Virus record (IMG/VR): IMGVR_UViG_3300035698_017111
Location: 82,773-146,772 of that record
Reading direction: 5' to 3' (one strand)
DNA: 64,000 bases
Source of the DNA: a virus
Numbering within the stretch: the stretch's first letter is position 1; each line of letters begins with the position of its first letter. The translations under genes were made by a program, and so were the position numbers. The notes beneath the pieces are model-generated. The model saw only the letters and a list, made by a program, of their open reading frames with translations. It had not been told where the DNA came from and did no database searches. Of the stretch, positions 18,139-28,944 are shown piece by piece.

Positions 18139-21100
18139 TTACATTGTTTGATCTGTAGATTTTGCTTTGACGACTTGTATTATTTTTGCAACTACATCAT
18201 TGATATTGAAATTAATTTCATCTTCAGTGAACCTTAATACTTCCCAACCGAATCCTGCTAATCTAGAGTCTCTATCGGTATCTTTTTCTATGTCCTCTGG
18301 CATTGAATGAAATCTTTTACCATCGGATTCAACAATAACCTTTTGTATAGGAAAAAAACCATCAACTGTTACCTTTGCCATATGTACTGGTTCTGGTTTT
18401 TGTTGTGCTTGAAAGTCTATAGGTAAGTTGCCAGTTTTCTGTGCTTCTTCAATACCGGAATATAGTTTTTGCTCAATAGACGTGAGACGAAACATTCCAG
18501 TACGAGGACCAACTACCCATTCATTGTCAAGGTTTTCACCTGCTTGTTGCGGCGGCTGCTTAGGTTCCATAGGTGGTTTCATTTTGCGTTTATTCGGACG
18601 CCTAACAGAAGGCTCCATCTCTACAGCCTGTTCGTAACTTTTCATTTGAGTGTCGTGTGCCATAGAAGCACCTGATGGAGCTCCACCGCCTGCGGCACCA
18701 CCACCACCCGACATAGATGGTGCAAGAGAATCACCTGGTAAACCAGGACCAGATTGTCCACCTGGCAAATTACCACTATTTTCATCCTGAGGCATACCAC
18801 CACTGCCAAGACCGCTACTACCGCCACCACCAAAACCTGATCCCATACCGCCTGGACCATCCTGACCACCTTGCATTTGTGGGGCAATGCCGAGTTGTTG
18901 TTGATAAGCTTGTTCGAGACGAACTCTTTCAGTTTCTATATCGTAATCAATATTCATTTTTTCACAGAGGAACTGTGTTGAGACAACACCCTTGTCCCAA
19001 AGTTGAATGTAGGTATTGTTCTTTTGTGTCTCATCTCTAAGGTTAAGGTCATTCCACTTAATCTCTGGATAATCAAGTATTTTCTTGCCACTTTTTGATT
19101 CGGTATAAAAACCACGCATCCTTGCTTCTGTTTTGTATACTTTGTCTGTGATCCAAAATGCCAATAGACCCTGAATCATAACCAATCGTTTAATTGTTGC
19201 CTCAATACCAATAGCAGCTTGAGAATAACTAGGTCCAGTACCACTTAAGAGAGCTTCATTCACACCAAGACCCTTAATGAGTGCTTTATCAATTAATTCA
19301 TATTCTTTAGTTAACTGAAGAACCTTACCAGCGGCTCCAACCCATTGAAAATCAAAAGCATGGTGTGTCACAAGTGTAAGGTTTGGATCATTAGCAGTAA
19401 CTGCTAATTGTCTCTGGGTATCACCAATATCATTCGGTCCAGCAGGACGTTGATCGTTACCAATCTTACAAACCTTAACTGGTAGAATATGTCTCTCTGC
19501 CACAATCCACTGTGCCTGTCTTAATTTATCTTGATATGCGAGGACTGGGAACAGAGGAGCAATTAAACTACGACCATAAGCCTGATATGGGATTTCATCA
19601 TGCTTTAAGTGAGTAATGGCATTTGAACTAAGTGGAATTGGTTGTTGTGCTAGAATTAATCTTCTAAGATTCTCTGGAATCTGTGCATAGATTTCTGCTG
19701 GCTGTTTGTTCCAAACGATCTGCTTCAGTGTATCGTCTGGAATAAGAGATATAATGGGTTCGGTAGGAATGAGTGGATTCATTTTAACATCAATCCAATC
19801 AGGATTCATAACAGAGACACTGGCTATTTGTGAATCTTCGTGATTACATGGTTCTCCATTCTTTTTCTTTCCAAAACCACCACATTCTTCACAGGAAATA
19901 GACACGAACGGAAATGCGTCTCCCATGCAGAAATACTCAAATGCAATAAGGGGCAACCATTTCTCTAATCTAAGTCTTTTCTTTAAGTTGTCAAAATGTT
20001 CTTTCCTAATAGGATCACCAATTACATTTTCAAAACCTGCAAATGGGAATTGTGAATAAAATCTAAGAGATGAGGCAATGGTTGGATCGTTTTGTGCGAA
20101 AAACCTACAATTAGAAACCTTAAATCCAGAACATAAATAACTTCTTTCTGGATCAATCTGTAGATCATACCCAACACCAGTATAAAGATATTTCTCAATC
20201 TTTTCTATTGGTTGTGCGAAATATTCATTCCCGTCTTCGTCTTTGGTAAAAAATCTGAGAACACGATCATGACCGTCATATTCGAAATCTTCAGGTATCT
20301 TGTTAGACTTCATGTACGGTCTGATCTTATGAACCTCTGAGGCGGGAACAAAAATACGATAGACCCAAGTTCCGATCCTACCCATAGAATCTTCAAATCG
20401 CTCATATCTATTCAGAGTGCAAGAGATGCCACACATCAATAACATGAAATATAACTGATCCGCCATATCTTTACTGGAGTTATTAGCAACAAGTTTGTTC
20501 TGTGTCTTTGTGAAACTACCATCACCATCAAAGTATCCACCAAGTACGTGAAGCATTTGTTCACGGTTAAGATGCGTGATTTCCTCGGTAAATTTCTTGT
20601 TAGAAAGTTTACCTACAATAAATCGTTTATAATCAGAAAAATATCCCTTAATAAATTTTGCTATTCTAGTGCATGATTTTCCATGTTTATATTTATTGTA
20701 ATTGGGTATTAGATTTTCAACAACTGGCAAAAATAAATTTAATTCATCATTGTTGATGTTTAGATATATGGCGTCGTCATAAACAGTTCCATCGGCTATG
20801 CAAAGCCCAACAGACCATAAAAAATCATCTGTCGCAGTCAAAAACACAGAGTTGTATCCGTATTTTTCTTCTTTAAATTTTGGGATAGGAGTTAATAGAA
20901 AATCTTTAAGTACGGCTTCATCGGCACGGATTCTTTTTATTGGCCAGTTTTCAGATTGAATAAAATCTTTTTTAGGATACGGACCTTTCTTGCCTTCTCG
21001 ATATAATTTATCACCATATCTTTTTACTGCATTTTTAAGAGGCTTAGATTCAATGCAAAAAAGATTATGTTCTTCGGATATTTCTAGTTCATGATAATAC

Positions 21101-21636
21101 CCAGAACATTTAATCTTAACAAACGTTTTGTCTTCACATTTTCTTTCGGATATATGTACTGGATTCCTCCAGTTACCTTCACCAGAAACGATAGAACAAG
21201 ATTTAATGTTTTCATACAAAAAACCACCAGTTACCGTGTCTTCTACTGTGGATTCTGGAACGAACTCGAAGTCTTTAACTTCAACGTAAGACATGTCAGA
21301 ACATAATAACCCAGATGTGGACATCAAGACCCATTGATAAACTTCCCTTCGCTTGGTAGGTATTTGCCAGTTAACAGGAGTATGGATTGGTGAATAAAAC
21401 GATGGGGATGTGTACATAACCCTTGATGCGGCTAAACCTGCACCTGCTGCAGATGCAGTTTCATACGATTGGGCTTCTCTAATAACTGAAGGTTGATCTC
21501 CAGTTAGTATTCTTGAAGAAGATGCACTCTCGACAGTACCAGTTTTCATCAAATCACCAGATTCACTGATGATCTGTTCAGCTGTTCTTCCCGTCTTGGA
21601 GAACACTTTATCGACATTGCTAAATATGTATGTCAT
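18139..21636 (-). CDS. Portal protein with an intein, a Gly-rich linker and a C-terminal DUF559/Vsr-like endonuclease domain
   Basis: Exteins QW|CRFFAQNDPTI...EYFCMGDAFPF...LAYQDKLRQAQ..AERH; C-terminus DGFFP..KVIVESDGKRFH..D..RDSRL..FGWEVLRFTE. Confidence 0.8.
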   Translation of the reverse strand: MTYIFSNVDKVFSKTGRTAEQIISESGDLMKTGTVESASSSRILTGDQPSVIREAQSYETASAAGAGLAASRVMYTSPSFYSPIHTPVNWQIPTKRREVYQWVLMSTSGLLCSDMSYVEVKDFEFVPESTVEDTVTGGFLYENIKSCSIVSGEGNWRNPVHISERKCEDKTFVKIKCSGYYHELEISEEHNLFCIESKPLKNAVKRYGDKLYREGKKGPYPKKDFIQSENWPIKRIRADEAVLKDFLLTPIPKFKEEKYGYNSVFLTATDDFLWSVGLCIADGTVYDDAIYLNINNDELNLFLPVVENLIPNYNKYKHGKSCTRIAKFIKGYFSDYKRFIVGKLSNKKFTEEITHLNREQMLHVLGGYFDGDGSFTKTQNKLVANNSSKDMADQLYFMLLMCGISCTLNRYERFEDSMGRIGTWVYRIFVPASEVHKIRPYMKSNKIPEDFEYDGHDRVLRFFTKDEDGNEYFAQPIEKIEKYLYTGVGYDLQIDPERSYLCSGFKVSNCRFFAQNDPTIASSLRFYSQFPFAGFENVIGDPIRKEHFDNLKKRLRLEKWLPLIAFEYFCMGDAFPFVSISCEECGGFGKKKNGEPCNHEDSQIASVSVMNPDWIDVKMNPLIPTEPIISLIPDDTLKQIVWNKQPAEIYAQIPENLRRLILAQQPIPLSSNAITHLKHDEIPYQAYGRSLIAPLFPVLAYQDKLRQAQWIVAERHILPVKVCKIGNDQRPAGPNDIGDTQRQLAVTANDPNLTLVTHHAFDFQWVGAAGKVLQLTKEYELIDKALIKGLGVNEALLSGTGPSYSQAAIGIEATIKRLVMIQGLLAFWITDKVYKTEARMRGFYTESKSGKKILDYPEIKWNDLNLRDETQKNNTYIQLWDKGVVSTQFLCEKMNIDYDIETERVRLEQAYQQQLGIAPQMQGGQDGPGGMGSGFGGGGSSGLGSGGMPQDENSGNLPGGQSGPGLPGDSLAPSMSGGGGAAGGGAPSGASMAHDTQMKSYEQAVEMEPSVRRPNKRKMKPPMEPKQPPQQAGENLDNEWVVGPRTGMFRLTSIEQKLYSGIEEAQKTGNLPIDFQAQQKPEPVHMAKVTVDGFFPIQKVIVESDGKRFHSMPEDIEKDTDRDSRLAGFGWEVLRFTEDEINFNINDVVAKIIQVVKAKSTDQTM
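20110..21330 (-). mobile_element. 407-aa intein with a LAGLIDADG homing endonuclease; atypical N-terminal Val
   Basis: Block A VLMSTSGLLCSDMSYVEVKDF, block B ISEEH, LAGLIDADG motifs VGLCIADG and LGGYFDGDGS, block F/G GYDLQID..SYLCSGFKVSN/C. Confidence 0.88.
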
Positions 21637-21800
21637 ATTAAACTTTCCTCTTTGTATTTTCTAAACATACTTATACGATTATACTTTTTCTTTTTTCCAA
21701 AGAGGTTCCTCTGCATTAAAATTATTGCCCTCAATATGGTAAACGTTACCACACTTAGGGCAATAAAGAAGTCGATTTTCCTTACCACTATTTCGAAGTT

Positions 21801-23456
21801 TTATCTCGCTTCCTTTATGCTTTGGGTTGGGACAGAGTGGAGTAGCGGTTTTCCCTGCACTAACGCTTTTTTTTTACCCAAAGCTGCTTCTAGGATACCC
21901 TTTGAAACATAAGTGTTGTCTTCGAGTTCTGCTGCCCTAGACATACTATCCATAGCTGCCCGTGTAACAAACGTATTGTTTTCAGAAGCTGTTGGTAAAG
22001 GACTTTGAACCTGATCTGGACTAACTGGATTAACCGCAGGTGCCACATTGTAATCACTTGGATTTCCCAAAACTTCCTCTAGTTGTCCTGTGTTTGTTCT
22101 CAGATATGTGGTTAAAGCAGCGAGAACAATACTTTTTGCGTGTTCTGTGGCAGTACCAGCCTGCAAGCCTTCAAGTATAGATGTAACACCCTCTTGTAGT
22201 TTAAGGGTGTTGTCCATTTGTTCATCGTTTAATTGAGCTTTTTGAAGAATAGTTTTGGCCATTGCAACTGTAATATTAAATTCCTTATTATCAGCGACAA
22301 TAGTTTCGTATCCATCTTGAAACATATGTCTTGACTCTAATTGTTTCTCGTAATTAGCTTCATCTGGGAATTTTGGAGCATGTTCTCTTTCACTCTCATT
22401 GAGATTCATTGTTTTTTCAGTGTTGCTACCAACCATTTTCCCACCAGAGTTCTCAATATGATCCGTTTCCCAACCGTCGTAATATTTGTCAACCTGCTCT
22501 TCTTTCCATTCCTTCATTTCAGGCATGACATCTTCGGGCTTTGGCGAACTTCTATATTCTTTCCTCTCGACGCTATCAAAAGAACGGTCCTTATTTTCGA
22601 CCTGTGAGTTACCACCACCTTCGCCGCCTTCGTCACCCTCGATATTCTGTTTACCTTCGTCAAAAATCATATTCTTCTCAGAGTCTTCTTTTCTTTTCTG
22701 ACCCCAAGGTGATTTCTTGAACTCTCTGGCTTCCTTTACGAAAGGATTGGACGACGCTTCGGTTACCTTTTTTGTTTTGGTAAATGGATTTTCCATAGTT
22801 TTCATTCCCTTTTTGTTGAGCTCAATCTTCATTTGAATCATTGATTGTATTATTTTTGTCGTTTTTTTTGCAATGTCTGTAATAGACGTATCCACCATGT
22901 CTTCTTTCATGATAGAATGGAACACTGCATTTATTAATTTTAAGGACATCTCTACTGGTATTTCAAACAAATTACGATCAGGATAACCAGTTTTGAGCCT
23001 TGATTGCTCAAGCATTTTAACGACATTTGAGAGGTAGTTTACGGCATCATCAAGATAATTTAAATGTTCACTATTGTCTAGTGCAAGACGTATTCTTCTC
23101 TCTAATTCACCACGAACATGTTCCGAATCAACACTATCTCTCGGATTGGTCGTAGTTATTCTCTCTTCAGGCTTCATTCTCCGTTGCTTATGCTTATTCC
23201 TTGTTTGTGGAATCTTTGGGTCGTTCTTAAACTCTGGTTTATCTGATGCAGAGGGATCTCCAACAGATCGACGTGCTACAGTAGACAGGTCTACCTGTTG
23301 GGCATTCCAAGCTTCTGGTGTTGACTGTCTGCCACAACTTGAGCATTGATAAAACGTAGTTGTAGAACCACCACTATGCTGTTGTGTGTAGTCCGTAGAA
23401 CCACAATTAGGACATTTTACAGATTCTGGTTTCTTTTTTTTGTTCATGTTTGGCAT
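21801..23456 (-). CDS. Putative internal head protein with an N-terminal Zn ribbon
   Basis: CPNCGS..YQCSSCG; several xxEA-type motifs; lies in the structural operon. Confidence 0.55.
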   Translation of the reverse strand: MPNMNKKKKPESVKCPNCGSTDYTQQHSGGSTTTFYQCSSCGRQSTPEAWNAQQVDLSTVARRSVGDPSASDKPEFKNDPKIPQTRNKHKQRRMKPEERITTTNPRDSVDSEHVRGELERRIRLALDNSEHLNYLDDAVNYLSNVVKMLEQSRLKTGYPDRNLFEIPVEMSLKLINAVFHSIMKEDMVDTSITDIAKKTTKIIQSMIQMKIELNKKGMKTMENPFTKTKKVTEASSNPFVKEAREFKKSPWGQKRKEDSEKNMIFDEGKQNIEGDEGGEGGGNSQVENKDRSFDSVERKEYRSSPKPEDVMPEMKEWKEEQVDKYYDGWETDHIENSGGKMVGSNTEKTMNLNESEREHAPKFPDEANYEKQLESRHMFQDGYETIVADNKEFNITVAMAKTILQKAQLNDEQMDNTLKLQEGVTSILEGLQAGTATEHAKSIVLAALTTYLRTNTGQLEEVLGNPSDYNVAPAVNPVSPDQVQSPLPTASENNTFVTRAAMDSMSRAAELEDNTYVSKGILEAALGKKKALVQGKPLLHSVPTQSIKEAR

Positions 23457-23470
23457 ATATATTTTAACCC

Positions 23471-26400
23471 CTACGGCCTTAGATTCATTTTATCTAACAG
23501 TTTTTCCTCTTTACCCGTAATTAATATAACATCAAATGGACTATTTTTAACAAAATCATAAACACCAGAAATGGATCCAAACTTCGAAAACGGCAACATC
23601 ATTACAGATGGCAAGGTCGTTTCTTGTAATCTATTTCTCGTGTTTGTTTTGGCAATGGCATTGTGTTCACAGGCAGCGATGTCTTGTGCCGTATATATCA
23701 TAACAGCGGTGTATTGATCGTCCATTTTGTCGGGCTGAGTCTCCTGAGCCTGTCTGTACCAGTTCTCTGTATCTGCTTTCTTCTTTTTAGGTTGTATATT
23801 CTTCCTAAGTTCCTCTTCTGTTCTCTTTTGCTTACCTTGTGCAGACCTGAGAGTTGTGCCCATATCTATATCAGACCAAACAATCCCTAATGGTGCCCAT
23901 GCATGAGAAGCCAAACTTTCTTCCTTAATTGAAAATGACCAAATGTTTGTTGCATCATTACCAGCTGGCAATCTTCCCTGCATGGCAAGGATTCTATTAT
24001 ATGCCAAAGACGTTAGAGCAACTTGATCTTTACGTTCTTTGGCAGCAGATGCGTATAGGGATGCGGCTCCAAGTATGTGACGACCCTTCTGTGTGTGAAA
24101 ACTTCTATCATTTTCAGATTGTAATTCCAACATAACTTCAGCAGCTGAATCAGATACATTGAGAAATGTTACAAAATCCTCAACTGCAACTGGATAGTAC
24201 GATGTTGCCTGTGTGGGATCTCTAAAGTTCTCTGCCACCATGTCATCTGGTATTGTCGGCATTGAGAACCCTTTTTCTGGTGCAAATGTATCAAGATCCT
24301 CATCGTCATAGACATAATCAAAGAAACCAGGTGATATATTTGTTCCCTTTGAAAGAGTCATGTATAAAGATGTTTTCATATCTTCTTCGCTTCTTTTACG
24401 AGAAGATGTATTGGCTTTCATACGCATTAGCAGATCTTGTTTGATCCCCAATAGTACTGGAACAGGATCTGTCAAACCAAGAGATCCACCAGTTTGTTCA
24501 AGGATTAGATCAACAGTAGCTAATTCTCTTTGAAATGCTCCTTCGTGATTTGGTAAATACGGAGCAATCCTTTCGTCAAGTTGTTTGTCTTTAGAAACAG
24601 AAACAAATGTATCAAGGAAGCTAGTGAATGCACCAGCTTTAGCTTCTGACAATGCAGCACCTGGCGGTCTTGGTTGTTTGTAGAGTTGCAGCATTACTTT
24701 TCTTAATTGTTCTTTCATCTCTGGTTCTGATGCTTCGTAGAAGATAAACTCTTCTTCTTCTGTTGAGTCTATGGTAAATTTCAACGACTCTTCATGCCAC
24801 TTAGCTTTCTCTTTATCTGTGGCTTTCTGCTTAGGTGGTTTGGTGATACCTGGAGTTCTAACTGCTTTTGATCTAAGAATTTCATAGGCTTTTTGTTTTG
24901 CCTCTTCAAATCCTTCTTGTGTCTTTAGGACATCAAATGGGACATCACCCATTGCTTCTACGGCAATATCTCTCAACATCTCACCAGCAGATTGTCTCTT
25001 GTTTTTTGCATGGAATCTACAATACATACTTGGATTGTTGATATGTGTAAATCCATTGTTAATCATTTCTTCATCAAAAGCTAAACCAGTAAATGGTGCC
25101 ACTGTTTCTTTAGAGAGATAAGGTCCTATGTTCCAGTTGGTATCGTCATTGAAGAACTTGGCATTAAATGCTTTGTTTGGAAGATCCATTATCAATTTAT
25201 TATATTCTCTGGCTGCGACCAATGCAACAGATCTTTCATCTGTCATATCTGGTCTTTCTATTTGTGCTAGTTTTTTTAAGTGCGAAAACAATCTAACTGA
25301 CATTGCTTCTAATTGAACCATGTCTTCTTTGAATACAGTACCTCTTTTCTTTTTAGGTGGGAAAAGATCTGTTTCGGCAAAAGAATAAGTTGTATACGGA
25401 AACAATGCACTCATCCATTCATGGATATCTCCCTGTACAATCACAGGGTCTTCTCCCATCGAAGCTGCATTTATTACAATTCTTTCAATTAAGTTTTCAA
25501 GATTTTGTGCATAAGTTTCATGACAAGAAACTTGTATTTCCTGGCCATCCATACCTTCCACAACAACAGGCTTGCCACCAACCTCAAGGGGAATTTCAAG
25601 ACTGTAGTATTCTGCTATTGGATTCTGTGTAACATCTTCTCCCAACAACAAATTCTCTACAAAATTACAAGATCGTCCATCGCATGCCACATCACGCATT
25701 CTCTGTGCTTTAGGAGAAAGAAATCTTTTTTCGTTTTCTGGAATTGGATCATTTTTATCTCTTTCATGATGCTTAAAGATCCAGTTGTTAACGTCTGGAC
25801 TCCACTGTATCCAATCTCCCTCACTGGCCCTACTTGAAGGCTTAGCACCTCTAAACCTCCCACACGTTAAACAGAACTGTTTGACACCACCCTGATGTGG
25901 ATCTCCCTTTTCCTTCCTAAGTTTATCAAATGCCATCAATTCAGTTTGAAGTTGATAAACAGATGCTCTTTCACTAACCTGTGTCAAGTATCTAAGTTTT
26001 TCTGGAGGGAAATATGTTTCTAAAATACCTTTCAACGAATCTTCATCACCTTGGAATGCAGATCGAAGGTTATTTACAGCCGATTGGATAGCAGATGTTT
26101 GCTCTCCCTTTTCTATAGAGGTTGTCTCTTCTGCCACAAACAAAGATGGATCATTTAATGCAGATGAAATTGGGAGATCACCAGATAGTCTATCGTAATG
26201 CTGACCATAACAAAGAGATGCAAGATTCATTACAGCATTGTAAACTTCTGTTGTAATTGGATTGTCACTAGATTCTATTTGATTTGCGATATTCCAACGA
26301 TAATAGTATCCGACGATATCACCACCGATATCATAGTAGAACTCAATGGTTTTCATATCTTCTTTAAGTGCTGGATCTACAGCAAGAATCTCGGCAACAG

Positions 26401-27388
26401 TCTCACTCGTTGCAGACTGTAATGCCATTAACCTAATGTCTGGAGAATCTCCATGTTCTTGACGATATTTTGTAATAATTGAGTTCTCTAATTTTCTTTT
26501 AGTTCTCTCAACAAGAGGGACACCACCTTCGCCTTCTTTGAAATGAGAATCCATTTCCTTATGGTATCTGTCCATCATCTCAAAGGCTTGATCTTTAGCT
26601 GCAGTAGGATCACCTCCCTTTGCGATTTGTTCTTGTGTCCATTGATCGAATTCGCCACCAAACAACTCGACAACATTATCCAAGAAGTCTGTTCGTACAA
26701 GTGGAACTACCGTGTCGTTTCCTGTTTCGTCTTTACCAACAGTAAGTGGAACGGTAAAAACACCATGTCTTTGTCCGTATTCTTCATTTCCGGCCTGAAG
26801 GGATTCAAGAGATGATGTTTCTTCTGGAAGATCATAAACCTGTGGTTCATATCCTATTTCAACATTAAGGATTCCAATAGCAAGTTGACTAAGAATATCT
26901 CGATACACACCATCGTCTTGCAATTTAAGTTGAAAAGATTTTAATGCTTCTGAATATTGTTCACCTATAGTTGCCACGAAGTTTGGGTGTGTTATCAATC
27001 CGTTAATAGTGCTCTTAAGTTCCTGAGCAATCTTGATGAACGTAGGTGTGCCATCTGGATCAATCCTTCTATCCTCAACGGCAACCTGATATTGTTTGAT
27101 CTTTTCTTTATATGCAGCAAGACCTTCACTTTTAGTCAAAGCATTAACCAACCTCTGGATGATCTCTTGATCACCCAAAGGTAGTTGTTCTATTTGTTGT
27201 GGTTCTTGAAGTGGGGCTTCAGGCGGTAAAGCTGGTGGAGCTTCTGTGGGAGGTTGCTCCACGACAGGTTCACCAACATCCTGAGCTTCTCTCAAGATGT
27301 TCTGTATTAGATCGAATTGATTAAAGAGATATTCTTTGTCTCTTCGACTAAGAGAACATACTTTCTCTAAAACATTTGTTCTATCCAT
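23471..27388 (-). CDS. Large acidic putative virion (internal/ejection) protein
   Basis: About 1300-aa ORF in the structural operon with LREAQ and NWYRQAQ motifs. Confidence 0.55.
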   Translation of the reverse strand: MDRTNVLEKVCSLSRRDKEYLFNQFDLIQNILREAQDVGEPVVEQPPTEAPPALPPEAPLQEPQQIEQLPLGDQEIIQRLVNALTKSEGLAAYKEKIKQYQVAVEDRRIDPDGTPTFIKIAQELKSTINGLITHPNFVATIGEQYSEALKSFQLKLQDDGVYRDILSQLAIGILNVEIGYEPQVYDLPEETSSLESLQAGNEEYGQRHGVFTVPLTVGKDETGNDTVVPLVRTDFLDNVVELFGGEFDQWTQEQIAKGGDPTAAKDQAFEMMDRYHKEMDSHFKEGEGGVPLVERTKRKLENSIITKYRQEHGDSPDIRLMALQSATSETVAEILAVDPALKEDMKTIEFYYDIGGDIVGYYYRWNIANQIESSDNPITTEVYNAVMNLASLCYGQHYDRLSGDLPISSALNDPSLFVAEETTSIEKGEQTSAIQSAVNNLRSAFQGDEDSLKGILETYFPPEKLRYLTQVSERASVYQLQTELMAFDKLRKEKGDPHQGGVKQFCLTCGRFRGAKPSSRASEGDWIQWSPDVNNWIFKHHERDKNDPIPENEKRFLSPKAQRMRDVACDGRSCNFVENLLLGEDVTQNPIAEYYSLEIPLEVGGKPVVVEGMDGQEIQVSCHETYAQNLENLIERIVINAASMGEDPVIVQGDIHEWMSALFPYTTYSFAETDLFPPKKKRGTVFKEDMVQLEAMSVRLFSHLKKLAQIERPDMTDERSVALVAAREYNKLIMDLPNKAFNAKFFNDDTNWNIGPYLSKETVAPFTGLAFDEEMINNGFTHINNPSMYCRFHAKNKRQSAGEMLRDIAVEAMGDVPFDVLKTQEGFEEAKQKAYEILRSKAVRTPGITKPPKQKATDKEKAKWHEESLKFTIDSTEEEEFIFYEASEPEMKEQLRKVMLQLYKQPRPPGAALSEAKAGAFTSFLDTFVSVSKDKQLDERIAPYLPNHEGAFQRELATVDLILEQTGGSLGLTDPVPVLLGIKQDLLMRMKANTSSRKRSEEDMKTSLYMTLSKGTNISPGFFDYVYDDEDLDTFAPEKGFSMPTIPDDMVAENFRDPTQATSYYPVAVEDFVTFLNVSDSAAEVMLELQSENDRSFHTQKGRHILGAASLYASAAKERKDQVALTSLAYNRILAMQGRLPAGNDATNIWSFSIKEESLASHAWAPLGIVWSDIDMGTTLRSAQGKQKRTEEELRKNIQPKKKKADTENWYRQAQETQPDKMDDQYTAVMIYTAQDIAACEHNAIAKTNTRNRLQETTLPSVMMLPFSKFGSISGVYDFVKNSPFDVILITGKEEKLLDKMNLRP

Positions 27389-27400
27389 CAACTTTCTCCG

Positions 27401-28486
27401 CTAGTATTTTCGGCTTTTCGCATTCCCTGCCGTTTCCCACGATCTGTCGTCTTCTCTTTTCTTACGAGGAGCATTTAGTTTAGAAGTGTCTCTCTGAATA
27501 CTCTCTTCCTTACCAGCTTCCTTAGGATCTACTGGAACAGCAAAGATTCCATTAAGATCTAATTTAGAATCCTTAGGATCTACTTCTGTGAAATCAGCAG
27601 CCATTTTAGGAATGTCTTTTTCAGCCTCATGTTTCTTATCAAGAGTTTCTGCAATGGAATCACCAGCCTTGTCTTCCCATTTTCTTTCGTCTTGAAAATC
27701 CTTATCCCACTTATCCGAAAGAACCTTATCGAGATTTTGTTTAATATCAGCAGCTTCTTTACCAGCTTGAGCACTTGCCTTGGCTTTTGCTTGTTGTGCT
27801 TCGACTTCTGGAATCTTAACCTTTGGAAGTTCTGGAGCTTTAAATGAACTTCTATTGGGGGTGAAACCCATCTCACTAGGCGAAACGTCTTCTGTTGTTT
27901 TAGCCTTACTCTCCGTTTCCCAATCTCTGTCTTTCTCTGTCTTCTGTTCTTGTGCCTTTCTACGATCTCGTCCAGCCTGAATGGCATGATCTGTAAATTC
28001 AGAGTTCTCTGCTTCTTCAACTCTTGTTGGATCAAAAATACTGTTCAATGCCGACATCATTGGATCACTACCACCATAGGCATTTTCTCCATCAGATCTA
28101 GATGGTCTGATTGATTTCGAATCCATAGGTTTGGCTTCTGCTTTAGTTGGGGCTTTGACTTGTTCCCAATCTTCTTTAATATCAGCAGAACTCAAACTAT
28201 TTAGATTCTGTGGCGTTACTTCCTTGACTCTATTTCTAACGGGCTCATCACTCTTAACTGGATCACCACCATCTTTATCTGGAACATTTGGAATGCTCTT
28301 GGCAAAGATGTCACTAATGTCACCAAGACTTTTAATATTCTTGGTTCCTTCGGCAGCTTTGAGATTTTCAGTTATAATATCTCCTGCCATGATGTGGGTC
28401 TGTCTTTTTTCATCCATGATTCTATTCCTTTCTTTTAGAATTTGCAAGAGGACATCATGTCCTATTTGCTTGTGTATGGTAAACAA
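27401..28486 (-). CDS. Charged disordered putative virion protein
   Basis: Repeated (D/E)RxWE motifs; lies in the structural operon. Confidence 0.55.
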   Translation of the reverse strand: MFTIHKQIGHDVLLQILKERNRIMDEKRQTHIMAGDIITENLKAAEGTKNIKSLGDISDIFAKSIPNVPDKDGGDPVKSDEPVRNRVKEVTPQNLNSLSSADIKEDWEQVKAPTKAEAKPMDSKSIRPSRSDGENAYGGSDPMMSALNSIFDPTRVEEAENSEFTDHAIQAGRDRRKAQEQKTEKDRDWETESKAKTTEDVSPSEMGFTPNRSSFKAPELPKVKIPEVEAQQAKAKASAQAGKEAADIKQNLDKVLSDKWDKDFQDERKWEDKAGDSIAETLDKKHEAEKDIPKMAADFTEVDPKDSKLDLNGIFAVPVDPKEAGKEESIQRDTSKLNAPRKKREDDRSWETAGNAKSRKY

Positions 28487-28944
28487 CGCTTAAAGGGGCT
28501 TGCCTTTGCGTTGAATGCATCCGGGAACTTTGTGTTCTTCTTGGGCTTAGTCTCTTCCTTGCTTGGTTTCTTCTTCATGCTATTTTGTTGTTCGCTTTCA
28601 TTATCATCAGTAACCATGTCCTTGGCATATGGTTGTGGAAAAACATTCTTCCAATAATTCATAAGTTTGTTTCTATCGCTATTGTCCAATGCCATGATTT
28701 TTCTATAAATCTCAACATTCAATTCCGATTCTTTCATTGTCGATGCAGTTTTTCGAAGAGACTGTGCCTCTCCTTCAAGAACAATCGTTTGATAAAAACC
28801 ACATTTACCCCTAATATCCCCTTGAAACTCAAGAGTACTCTTCCTAAGATGATTGTTGTATGGGCATTCTGCAACAGCAAATAGTCCACAACTCATACAT
28901 ATCGAACCTACTGTCACTGTGTTCGGGTTTTCTATTAAAGGCAT
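28462..28944 (-). CDS. Putative virion protein with a Cys cluster and a KxxxL..R..L..YW module
   Basis: CMSC..C..C, LRKTAS, YRKIMALDNSDRNKLMNYW. Confidence 0.55.
   Translation of the reverse strand: MPLIENPNTVTVGSICMSCGLFAVAECPYNNHLRKSTLEFQGDIRGKCGFYQTIVLEGEAQSLRKTASTMKESELNVEIYRKIMALDNSDRNKLMNYWKNVFPQPYAKDMVTDDNESEQQNSMKKKPSKEETKPKKNTKFPDAFNAKASPFKRCLPYTSK

Noticed and set aside
20110-21330. Class 3 intein assignment
   Set aside because: It lacks the Trp (B12), Cys (F4) and Thr (G5) signature; F4 is Asp.
27388-27403. TAG readthrough fusing 27401-28486 to the in-frame 1300-aa gene
   Set aside because: The 9-12-nt spacer contains its own GGAG SD, and in-frame spacing is expected by chance one time in three.
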